Shown here: positions 53,500-64,000 of the stretch, piece after piece
Layout: each line of letters opens with the position of its first letter
Position numbering within the stretch: position 1 is the stretch's first letter
Assembly: GCA_026770705.1 (NCBI GenBank)
Contig: JANJGN010000035.1
Coordinates: forward strand, 7,130,001-7,194,000
Length of the DNA stretch: 64,000 bases
Direction: 5' to 3'
Origin: Isurus oxyrinchus
Lineage: Eukaryota
Position numbers and translations under genes: made by a program
Notes under the pieces: generated by a model
Databases searched by the model: none
Told to the model about the DNA's origin: nothing
Seen by the model: only the letters and a program-made list of their open reading frames with translations

Positions 53500-54522
53500 T
53501 CAACAGCAGATCCCAAACAAGAGGTTTATAACCACCCCCTACCCTCACGGGGCGGCATTCTGTAGGGATCATTCCCTCGGGGACACCCAAGTGCACTCCT
53601 CCATCAACCCCTACACCTCAACACCCACCTTTGTCACCTCCCCATGCCCACGCAAAAGATGCAACACCTGCCCCTTTCACTTCCTCTCTCCGCATCGTCC
53701 AACGGCCAAACAGTCCTTTCAAGTGAAGCAGCATTTCACTTGCATTTCCCCAAACTTAGTCTACTACATTCGTTGCCCCCAATGCGGTCTCCTGCAGAGA
53801 CCAAATGTAAACTTGGCGACCACTTTGCAGAACACCTGTGGTCTGCCCGCAAGCATAACGCAAACCGCCCTGTTGCTTACCATTTTAACACTCCACCCTG
53901 CTCTCTTGCCCACATGTCTGTCCTTTCCTTGCTGCCTTGTTCCAGTGAAGACATCGCAAATTGGAGGAACAGAGCCTCTTCTTCTGACTAGGCACTTTAT
54001 AGCCTTCTGGACTGAATATTGAATTCAACTACTTTAGATCTTGACCTCCTCCCTCCATCTCCATGCGCTTTCTCTTTCTTCCCTCTTCCTTTAGTTTTTT
54101 TTCCCCTAATAATTTATATAGATTTTCTTTTCCCACCTATTTCCATTATTTTTAAATCTTTTATGCCCCCACCCCCAATAGAGCTATACCTTGAGTGCCC
54201 TGCCATCCATTCGTAATGAGTATCTTCGTTTAGATAATATCACCAACTTCAAGAACCTTTGTGTTCTTTTGTTCTTTTGTCTGTGACACCTTTTGATTAT
54301 CTGCTCCTATCACTGTCTGCTTGTCCCTACAACTACAAGAGCCCCCTCCACTTCTCTCCCCGCAACCAAACTCCCACCCCCAACTTTAACCAGCTTATAT
54401 TTCACCCCTCTCCTTGGATTCACCCAATTTTGTGGAAGGGTCCTGAGGATCGGAAATGTGAACTTCTTTCTTGTGCGCCGATGCTGCCAGACCTGCTGAG
54501 TTTTTCCAGATAATTCTGTTCT
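53500..54522 (+). mobile_element. 5'-truncated Penelope-like element (GIY-YIG plus 3' pLTR)
   Basis: PCPRKRCNTCPF..KQSFQVKQHFTCISPNLVYYIRCPQCGLL / ETKCKLGDHFAEHL..PVAYHFN, with a terminal repeat at 54427-54522. Confidence 0.9.
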
Positions 54523-54859
54523 TGAAGTGGTTTGTAAATATTTGTGAGTCAACAAGGTTTCATGGAAAAGAGCAAAATAAATCATTCGAGAAATGATTAT
54601 AAGCTGATTCTCATCATGTAATTATAGTTATATGTTATGATGCCTGGACTTACTTCCAGATGTTATGTCCTTCTGTAGGGATTTGATTGTTTTTCAAACT
54701 GAAAAAAAAAAACATAAAAAACAAACAATTCAGTATGGAATCTACTTTTCTATCCATTATGTGGAGCGTGAGCATTAGTTTCAAAAATAAATGCGTAACA
54801 TATTTAATTCCCAATTACCTTTCAGTCAAATATTACGAACGTCTCTGGCTATGCGAATA

Positions 54860-55960
54860 TTAACATGCACCGCTAATTGCCCTTAAGAACTTAGTCGTGG
54901 CAATGGTATGCCTGTATTGCTCCTGGGTCAGATCATTGTTTGTCGTGAATGGAGGTGGATTGGTTGCTTTTGAAGAAGCTACTCCTTACTTTACTTTAAG
55001 AACAACGTATTTCCCGAACCAAGAGGGTCTATGGGGTTGCAGGGGAAATTTCTGGTGACGGTGTCACTATTTGCCAACGCTCTTGTCTTTCTCAGCGTTA
55101 CAAATCTCATGTTTGGATGATGTTGCAAAATGCATCTTGAGGATGTGCTGTAGCACATATTCTAGAATGTACCATCTGTATCCATTGTGCGTAGCGGCAG
55201 TGGGCATATATTCGTGTTTTGGATTCGAATAAAGACATACAATTTGTGCTGGATAGGGTTTAGCTCCTCCAGTTTTGTTGTTGCAATCGTTCAGAGAACT
55301 TGATTGTGTAAAATTCTATAATTACACCCTGCCTTGGAAATGGTGGACAGGAGGTGGAAAAGAGGAGATGGTTTACTCGCGATATATTTTCCGGCATAAA
55401 CAGTTATTTTGAGCAAAATTAACTTCAGTTGTTCATCCGGTTAACATTTTGGCTGTTGGTGCCCACTATTACATTGATGGTGGACAGTTAAGTGATAGCA
55501 GTTCATTTTTCCATCAGGCAGATACTTTTTTCTTGTAATGGTCAGTCATCTTTGTTGTGAGCGACAATAGCCCATCCTGCATACAGTTCATCAAGTAATG
55601 TTCTAAGTATATATTTTGGAGTGAACGGGTCTGGCAGAAATTTGAAATATGCCCGAGACTTTAGGAGGATGCGGCAACACATCCACATTTCTAACTGAAA
55701 ATGGTTGCAGATACTGTCAACCTGTATTTGGAATTGGGGTATTCTGACACCCGTTTTTGAGAATGAATTTGTTTGTAGAGCCTCGTTATTTGATTACTTG
55801 TTAATTCTGCACCACCATTAAAAATTGAATGTGCCAGCAGTTCAAGGTGTTTATCGATCCATTGGATGTGCTATCGTTTTTTCTTTGAATAGAATGCCAT
55901 TTCCACTGTTTAACATACATGCATTTCAGTGTTGCAGCTTCACCAGATTGTGAAATCAAA
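54860..55960 (-). mobile_element. Very degenerate LINE family B 3' fragment
   Basis: ctaattgcccttaagaac, ttgcaggggaaatttctggtgacggtg and gtagcacatattctagaatgtacc resemble 20470-20760. Confidence 0.5.
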
Positions 55961-57437
55961 GTAAATTATGCCTGTCGCTTTTCGTGGCAGCCCTTCCATC
56001 AGTCAGTCAGGATTAGCTCACTGTACTGTTGCTCATGGCAGATTGAATCATATAATATTGCTGATGCATAATGAGTGCAAATCTACGGCTGCTGATTGTG
56101 CACAATGCCTCATCGATATTTGTTATTGAGATGCTAAATGTTATCAGTCTGTTACGTTTGGCACATTATAACTTCTGAAACAGAATGCAGCATGTCCACA
56201 GTGCATGGGCGGGCCTATTTTTCCACAAGCTGGTTTATTCCTGCTACACTTACTTTCATGGGGAAAAAGAAAATGTTACTTTTTAGCTTGATTTCTTATA
56301 AAAAAAAATGTAGAACATCATGTCACAGCTGCTGTGTTCTCAGCAATTGTTTTGAGCCAATGTTCGCATATATGTCTTTCCTGCTCGGCATAATCGTACG
56401 ACATTGTGCTATTGAACTTCTCTTGACGTTGAATTTCCCAACCGAATTATATTCTGCGGTGTTGTTCCCATGAGTGTTTCTTCCAAGCGATGTACAATTT
56501 GGAGGACAACTTATTCTTTAGACGAAGATTTAAAAGTAATTTTAATCAAAGACTGAAGCGAAATGCTTTTGCAGTAAGCAGGAACAGGAGCAACTGGTTG
56601 AATAGCTTCCATCTAAGCTGTAAACATTACATCACTCTCTGGAATCCTTGCCAGTATTTGCCCGAGTTCCGGAGACAATGTCGGGGAAATAAAGTCATGC
56701 TTCCTTCCATCTCGATATTGCATTGCCACCAGGTCTGTTGGCTAAGTCAGACCCGTAAGTACAATATATCCAATAATGTTCAAAGAGCATTCTTCGAAAA
56801 GTTTTATCTTTTTTTCTCAGTGAGAATGAGTATCGGCCTGCCCTTTGTTAATTGCTTTGGAAATCTCCATTCGCTTTTTTTTGGCATAAGTACCCAGCTG
56901 CTAAAGAAGAGGAATTTTCTTGGTTGTCAGCGTGCTCATCAGCGTAGTATGTTTCCTCATTCGTGCTAGACTCCTGCCCCGTGCGAATTTGGTTTCAATT
57001 TTGTGCGCCACCGAATTGATTTCTGGGTTACTTCTAACCGCACTAAAGACTCAAGGCAAATTATTTATAATCTGCAATAACATTTGTATCAGACCGGCTG
57101 CGGAGAGCAGTTTTAATTCACTGAAGACCATTCATTCCCAGATGATTAACTTATTTGATTTAACGTATTACTACAGTTTTTTTTTTTGTGACAACTGATC
57201 ACATCTGCATTTTTGTGTACCAACTCATAGCGTGCAAACATTATATCAGACCTCTTGATTTATAGGGCTGTCGCATTACCGTTACGCTGCTATTTGTCAT
57301 TGGCTTGATTATGATATTTCATGCATAATAAACCATTAAGTTTCCGATAGAAATACCAGAATATTTGACATGCAAACAAATATTTAAGTGCTGTTAAAAC
57401 GGCTCATTGTGTGCTTTTAGTTTAGAACGTAGCTCAC

Positions 57438-57629
57438 CCGAATTCTTCCAGGTTAGCAGAACTCTGCATTAGCCGTTGCAAAGCGGCGATATCTTTGTCA
57501 GTCAGTCGGTTGGCTTGGTCGCCATCCAGTATATCGTAACTCAGATCCAATTCCGATAATGAGCCGTTTTCATTGAGAGAGGAAAGTAACATTTCCACAC
57601 AATCATCTCTCAAGTTGTTAGATTTTAAA
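57438..57629 (-). pseudogene. NLR pseudogene 2, 192-nt LRR exon (open frame)
   Basis: catcactgcag|t..gg|gtgagc. LKSNNLRDDCVEMLLSSLNENGSLSELDLSYDILDGDQANRLTDKDIAALQRLMQSSANLEEF. Confidence 0.92.
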
Positions 57630-57894
57630 CTGCAGTGATGAGAAAGTAAATGTAAATCATATTAACGTTGCTATATAAAATAAATAGGAGCAGCTGAAAA
57701 ATTCCAAAATAGTAAGGGGTGGGGCAAAGGCAGCATATTTTGTTTTATGCAGTTTCAATTGGTCTAAACTATATCCATTCCATTAAATGTCAAAAATTGA
57801 AACCGCATGCTCATCGTTATTTTGGTAGTTGATAGTCCTATAAATAGTGAATTGCATAAATATGTGCGTCGATATTTATAAGAGAATTACTCAC

Positions 57895-57981
57895 TCCAAT
57901 CTTTGTATTTTGCAATCCTTTTTCTTCAGAGCTCTGGAAATCCATTTCAAGCCCAAATCTCCCAATTCATTATAATTGAGT
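57895..57981 (-). pseudogene. NLR pseudogene 2, 87-nt LRR exon
   Basis: LNYNELGDLGLKWISRALKKKDCKIQRLE. Donor ga|gtgagt, acceptor reads tttAA instead of tttAG. Confidence 0.9.
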
Positions 57982-58429
57982 TTAAACATGAATAATCGAA
58001 ATCAGTAATGAACAAGCTGCATTTGATTAAAAAGAAAGCATTAACAAACAATATTCAATGTGCGTCACTTTAGCAAAAACGTCGTGCACAACACACATTT
58101 CATTCAATTTAAAACAAGTTATTTATATTTAGTGTCTTAGACGCAGGGTCATGAGTGAAGATTTAGGCATTGCTAACACCGCAGCATTTTGAATGTCCGT
58201 GTTCAATATACAACACAAGTTATCAAATGATCACATGCACATAAAAATATGCGCAGACCGTGTGATGTCTTATCATAATTTCCATCGTTCCGGGCATTCC
58301 ATTGTAACTCAAAACGCCGATATCACTGGGAAGCTGTTTGGGCTGTGACTTTCGGTTGGAAGGCTGTTTTAAATTAGTTTTTCATAGCATGTGAGGGTCT
58401 GTTCCATTACCAATAATTGCTGCCCATCC

Positions 58430-59250
58430 GTCTCCCTAATTTATAATGACTAGTTGGTAATGAAACTTCATGTTGAAAAATTGCAATCCACAAACTGCTG
58501 TGGAAATGCGACGTCCAGGATTTCTGGGCCAGGAACAGTGAAGAAACATTATTTTGTTCCAAGCTAGGAGGCTCAGTGGCTTAGATGAGAACTTGCAGTT
58601 TATGGTTCTCAAGGTGTTTGCTTCTTTGCTTCTTAATAGAACAGATAATTTGTCTAGGCGGTGCTGTTGAAAAATGGATGGCGATTTGTTGCATTGCAAA
58701 TTTTGATTGGAACGCACTAATACCACTCTGCCTAAGCCGTGTAGGGAACGGATGTTCCTCATAAAGCCTCCAAATTGTGCTTCATATTGTTATTCAGGCT
58801 TTGGGAACTCAGAATTTGAGTCACACTCTACAAACTGCCAGCATGTGGCTCTTGTTGTAATACTATTCTTATATCACTCGCCAACTTAGGCATATTGTCA
58901 AATGTGCTCTCACGTGATCAAGACTTGGAATTCAGTGATTGAAAATGGTTGAACATTAAAATGACGTTAATTCCTCCTCTGATTAGAAGAAATTACTGTT
59001 TGTAATTTATTTAGCATAAGTTACTAGCCAAGTATGTGCTCAAGCTTGAATGTTCTCCAGGCTCCGCATGAATAGGGTTTGATCATTACCTCAGAAGTAA
59101 CTAATGTGCTGAACACTGCACAGCCAGGAGATGACAACCAGGATTCCGCTGCTATCTTTAAGGCATGCACATTGATGAAGGCGGCCATATGTTTGGACTT
59201 AGGAATGCAGTCTAGGGAAATCCTGCAGTGAACATCTGGCGCTGACATAA
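58430..59250 (-). mobile_element. LINE family B fragments (intronic)
   Basis: ataattgctgcccatccgtctccctaatt..ccaggatttctgggccaggaacagtgaagaaac and gtgctgaacactgcacagcca..attgatgaagg. Confidence 0.55.
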
Positions 59251-59644
59251 ATGGTGTTCTAAGTTTAAAACTTTATGTTACACATGCAACCAATGTTGCA
59301 ACTATTTCCCCTTGCTTGCCATGGTATTGGAACTGAATAAATTTTATCTCTTTATGCAAGCACCGGATGATGCCAAAAGTGCACTGTATTCGGATAATGA
59401 CTTTACAATATCTGAACTGAACTAATTATTTAATTTAAAAATATGATAGCCTTGTCATTCTCTACCCGAACATGGATGATATTTTTTTAACATTTCCATT
59501 TCCGGCACTGAGATTATAACAGAACGGATGATTAAATTGGTTCAAAATAGAGGATAGGCATTTTTTTAGTTTTTGCTATTGTCGTTCCAAATTCTAGGAA
59601 TATATTTCTAGCTTATATTGCCATTTAACCATTTTGGGAATTAC

Positions 59645-61349
59645 CTGAGTATTTTATAATTTGGGTAGCAAGAGTTCAAGCTGACGGATGCCTGTTGCAT
59701 TCATGAGTGCTTCTTCCAAGCGATATTCAATACCACAGGCAGCGAGGTTCAGCTGTTCAATTCGTTCTAAGTTCATCAGTACGCTTGACAGCACAACCCA
59801 GTCAGAATAGTTAAGAGTATACTCTGTCAATTGTACAGCCTTATTTGGTGTTAATTCGGCTTTCACCAGTTTTGGGTTGCCGAATTAAAAGTAAAATAAT
59901 GCAACATGTCCAGGAGGCTTCTGTGGGTTTCCCAGTCTTCTAAATTCCGAATATGACGTTCGACACCTTCATTGAGCCAATCAGATACGCACGAAGGTGT
60001 CCCAGCGTTAACCTCGGCCATTTTCCACTCAAGCTGATTTGTTGAAATTCCTGATGAGAGGCCAACAATGAAAGGTGACATTATCTTAGAATCTGTCGTT
60101 CTTGCTCCAGTCACTGAGCGATCGCATCAATTCTTTTTCTTGTGCTACCTGAATTTTCATAATTGCAGCTATAAAGTTTTATAAAATGGAGAGAGTGAAT
60201 GTGTACACAAAAGTTCCCCGACATTTGCCTTGAATGTCTTTCATTAAAAACAGCGATAACACTGGAAATTCTAGTTTGTGGTGAAAGAGTTGTGACCTCT
60301 GAAAAACAAAGCTTTGGTTACAAATTCCCCTGAAGGCCATGTCACCCAATGTCAGCAAGACATCGGTGGCCCATTGCTCTAAAAGACTGTTGTAGTAAGC
60401 ACGGAACACCTGTGTGCTGGTCATGCGGAACATAGACCTACTCTTTGTCCGTTGTGTCAAGTGTGGCGCTAATAATGAAGAGAGGACAGCACAGTACTAT
60501 GGGTTACAGCACATGCTGTTCAGCATTTTATTTGGTCACCTCTGCAGCGAACTGCTCACCTCGATATCTTTGGTGAAAGTATGTTTTCAATTGTTCAGCG
60601 TTAAATCCCAGGAATGCGACTCTTAGATTTTTTTTTCTTGCTTTTTCAAGTAAGTCCAGTTTCCACGGCCTTGTTGTCAGTACTGAATAGACCCTTACTA
60701 ACGCTCCTTGCATTAGGCAGTGCACGATCTCTGATACCTCACAACACCACTCGCGATCTAAACAATGATTTTGCTGATCGCCGCTTCTGTGGACATCGCT
60801 GAATTCGATTGTTTTCTCAAAGAGGTCAAAATCTTCAAATACAAATACTAATTTGGACAGTTCCTGCCACAGATGACCCAGAACATTTTCTAAATATGGG
60901 TATGAGTCCCGAATCAAGCTAGTTAGTTTGTTCTGGCCGTTGTTAAATTTAATTGTGAAATCTTTAAATGGAACACCAATGTGAACTGTTCGTAGATTTT
61001 CCCCCATTGCCAATTCACGGATCATCTTGTCTATCAGGTTACTTTTCCCAATGGTTCTGTGGAAGGTTCATGAGGACACGAAACGTCAACTCTGTTCTTC
61101 TCCACTGATGCTGCCAGATCTCTTGAGCTTTTCCAGGTAATTATGTTTTTATTTTACTTTTCCCAATGCCTACCACGCCAATTACCACCGTGACTTCAGT
61201 CCGCCTTCCTTTGCAGCAAACTAAAATCATCATTTTTGTGTAATTATTATTCAGGAGAGATGTCTTGCGGAATACTACTCCCCCAGTGATATTGGCTGAA
61301 AGCCTTTCGGACTGTTCTCGAACATTTTCTCTGTGCTTAAATTATATCT
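59645..61349 (-). pseudogene. NLR pseudogene 2, NACHT plus first LRR exon
   Basis: Acceptor ttttatttgtaag. FKHRENVREQSERL, Walker A GVVGIGKS (interrupted), LVFVFEDFDLF, VLTTRP, LGFNAEQ, LLTLGDMAFRG, VYTFT, PFIVGLSS, LLDMLHYF, LNLAACGI. Donor ctcag|gtaa. Confidence 0.92.
61054..61153 (+). mobile_element. 100-bp pLTR/hammerhead-like element inserted in the Walker A codons of NLR pseudogene 2
   Basis: Perfect 15-bp target-site duplication ttacttttcccaatg at 61039-61053 and 61154-61168. Confidence 0.92.
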
Positions 61350-64000
61350 CTTACAAATAAAAATAAACATAGTTAGCACAACAATCCTGAGACAGATGTT
61401 TTTATATCTTAGATTAGCGTATCGAATGGAAAATTAATGCTGAAGGGGAAGGAAAAAAATCCTTAAATGAATTTTGTAAGATGACTCAATGCTCTCTTCT
61501 GATGCACTTTGTGCTGAGACTTTACAGGAAAAATATATTGTTTTGACGTTATTAGGTGTGGTAACACATTTCAGACATTCCAGAAATGGGATTGAATTCT
61601 GTGAAGCTGGATAAAGAATACTGGATATATTGCATAGTGACGATGCGCTGCCTCTAGCCAAGATTTGAACATAAGGATGGACATCAATAAAAAAAATACG
61701 TTTGAAATTCCCGTTGCAACTTTATACTAGTTGCCATATATTGTTCTGCTCAATGAAATAACGATTACAGACTTGGAGTGACAGAATAAGTCACGAACGG
61801 CATATTCTGTCTCAAGGCGTTATAACTCGTTTCTAGGATCCTCATATCCATTCAAGTTAATATTTTGACAAAGGTCAAAATCTGACACAAACAGGCAACT
61901 TGCCTTTAACCAGGAGCATGAATATAGGCAAGGTGGAGAAATTTTCAAAAGCAATTTGAAAAAAATATATTTTTCAGTGCAGATGAAATTCTAATGTACT
62001 TTGAAAAAAATAGAATCGTTGTAACAGTTCGTAAATCGCAAAATGCGTTATTTTCAGTTTAAATTGCGGAGGCCCTGCGTTCAGAGTGAGAAATCTTTCG
62101 GGAAGGAAAGGAGTAAAGTCCTGCAGTGGTCTTGGCTAGGTAATTGCTCTCTGAATTTTTTTGCATGCACAGCGAAACAGGAAGACAGCACAGCATGGTA
62201 CTGTTAAGAAACAAAGAAACACAAAATACCACATTGCATTTTTCAATTGAAAACGTGCTAGAAAAAATCGAAGCGAGTGTTTGTGCAGGCTGCAGAATTA
62301 TCGATCCAAAATAATCATACTTTCATGAAACGCTTTTATAAATAATGATATTTTTGGAACTAATTTTGTGTACCAAACTGCTTAACGTGGTTTCATGTAA
62401 ACTTAGCTTTTTCACATAAATTTCATCATTGATTGCAAGACAAAATTCCGCATTTGTTGCTATAAACATAATTGACAGGGCGACACAAATGAATTTGGTA
62501 TGTTCGAAGATTGCAATGTTGGAAAAAATGTTCCAATCATGTTTTGGGACAATTGGAACAGAAAATTCTGCTTCTGCTCCGTTAGGGAAGAATGTGAAAT
62601 GTGTGACTGGTGCACCGCAAATGCGTGCCTGAGCATAGCTTTTGAGTATGAATCCAATTATTAGGCAGCTCAAGAACTTGTCAGCTAATTGCAATAAACG
62701 CGAGGATTGGCATCAGCCTGACATTAGCTTTTGCCTTTTATAATAAAATGATGTCGGTATAGTTTTATTTTTCAAGCCGATAGATTTATAACCTTGCAAA
62801 CAGTATCTCAAGTAGAACCCAAAATATAAACAAAATATTTTTTCCTGAAAGGTGCCTTACTAAAAATACCAGAACTAAATGGCATCTATTTCTGCATCAA
62901 AGAATGCTGAAAAATTGGCTAAGTTTTATTAAACATTCAAAGACGACATTTTCTGCCACACAGAGCGCTTGCACTCACTCTCCAGGTGGAAATATGCAGA
63001 ACAATTCTGAAAATGCCAAACACTCTGTAAATCATCAACTGAGCACTGATGCTTGTACATCTTTTATCGTTTGTTTTCACTTAGTTTATCAAAGTGCTAT
63101 AATTCTTCTGCATGTATTTGCAGTTTAGAAATGTACCATAAAACTCCAAAAAATCACTACCATTCATGTTATTTATTAGTCATAATTCTGCTCTATTATA
63201 AAAAAAATATGCAATTGAGAAATTTGAAGCAGTGACTCTGACCATTTCATTAAAGTAGCTGCTTACCGAAGAAAAATTCATTGGACACTTGTCTTTAATA
63301 GGCTTTGCGATTTCTGGAGCCAGTGTATTCCATGCCTATTCAGTTTGGAATGTTGAACCTGTTAACACAATTTTCCGTATATTTTTGTTAAATACGAAGC
63401 AATACATTGTTCATAATATTTCAATGTATGTTATGTCATGTCAGTCGTCACTTTTCTCGCCTTTTTCCGACAAAATCGTTTTCCATTCTCGGTTGTGAAT
63501 CAGCATTTTAGCAAATGTGATCCACATCGTCCCTTCTCCCTTAGCCTTTGCTTTCAGAATCATCTTGAAAAGCATTTTGGCTGCAGAATTTCTGCAATAT
63601 TTTCCAGCCATTTAACAGATTTTCAAAAAAAAAAACATGCTTATAGTATACTAGACACTGTTTGATTGAAATATTGAAAGAGCGGACACACTTGACGAAA
63701 AAAAATCATTTTCCTCGGTATTCCCCCCTCTTCTGTTCATTACCCATTAGCAAAATATATTTTTAATTGGTCAGAAAACATGCACTTATGCAAATGTCCT
63801 ATTATTCTCAGTGTTGCACGTCATTCGCATATTTATTCAATTTACATTTCCATGCTCTTTATGTACATTTTCTGATAGGGGAGGTACTGAATTTGTGATA
63901 AAATGGCAGTTACTAGGCCAAAACTGTTATTATCCAAAATCGGCATTTTATGGCACGTTAAAAGCAAACTGCATTATTTTGCTGACAACATGTGCGGTAG

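Larger units (their letters stand above)
57063..61519 (-). pseudogene. NLR (NACHT-LRR; NLRC3/NLRP-like expanded family) pseudogene 2
   Basis: Firm exons 61349-59645, 57981-57895 and 57629-57438. Tentative upstream mini-exon at about 61519-61484 (VSAQSASEESIE) and tentative terminal exon at about 57160-57063. Stops, frameshifts, a mutated acceptor and a TE insertion. Confidence 0.88.

Noticed and set aside
56138-57198. Plus-strand ORFs of 92-159 aa
   Set aside because: No recognisable motifs or splice structure. They are probably antisense to the 3' end of NLR 2.
1-64000. CRISPR arrays, rRNA or tRNA genes, prokaryotic operons
   Set aside because: None seen. The sequence is intron-containing vertebrate DNA, and the only tRNA-like bits are decayed SINE heads.

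Overview
AT-rich vertebrate genomic DNA with spliceosomal gene structure. The repeat families suggest a cartilaginous fish, probably a shark (inference). No intact protein-coding gene, RNA gene or CRISPR array is supported. The window holds two convergent, decayed NLR (NACHT-LRR) pseudogenes of the same architecture: one on + at about 15.46-29.63 kb and one on - at about 57.1-61.5 kb. Each has a large NACHT exon, an 87-nt LRR exon, a ~192-nt LRR exon with a shared 7-aa insertion and a short terminal exon (tentative in the second gene). The rest is mostly old, often nested retroelements: CR1 LINEs including a near full-length copy with an esterase-type ORF1, a second LINE family, Penelope-like elements (PLEs), two Gmr1-type Gypsy elements (integrase before RT) and a solo LTR. 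Main highlights: a ~100-bp PLE-derived element that looks like a minimal hammerhead ribozyme occurs repeatedly, and one copy sits in the Walker A codons of the second NLR with a perfect 15-bp target-site duplication. A phase-compatible exon chain at 40.6-44.4 kb encodes an unrecognised decayed protein with an AKAP-like helix. Repeat boundaries are approximate and were read by eye.
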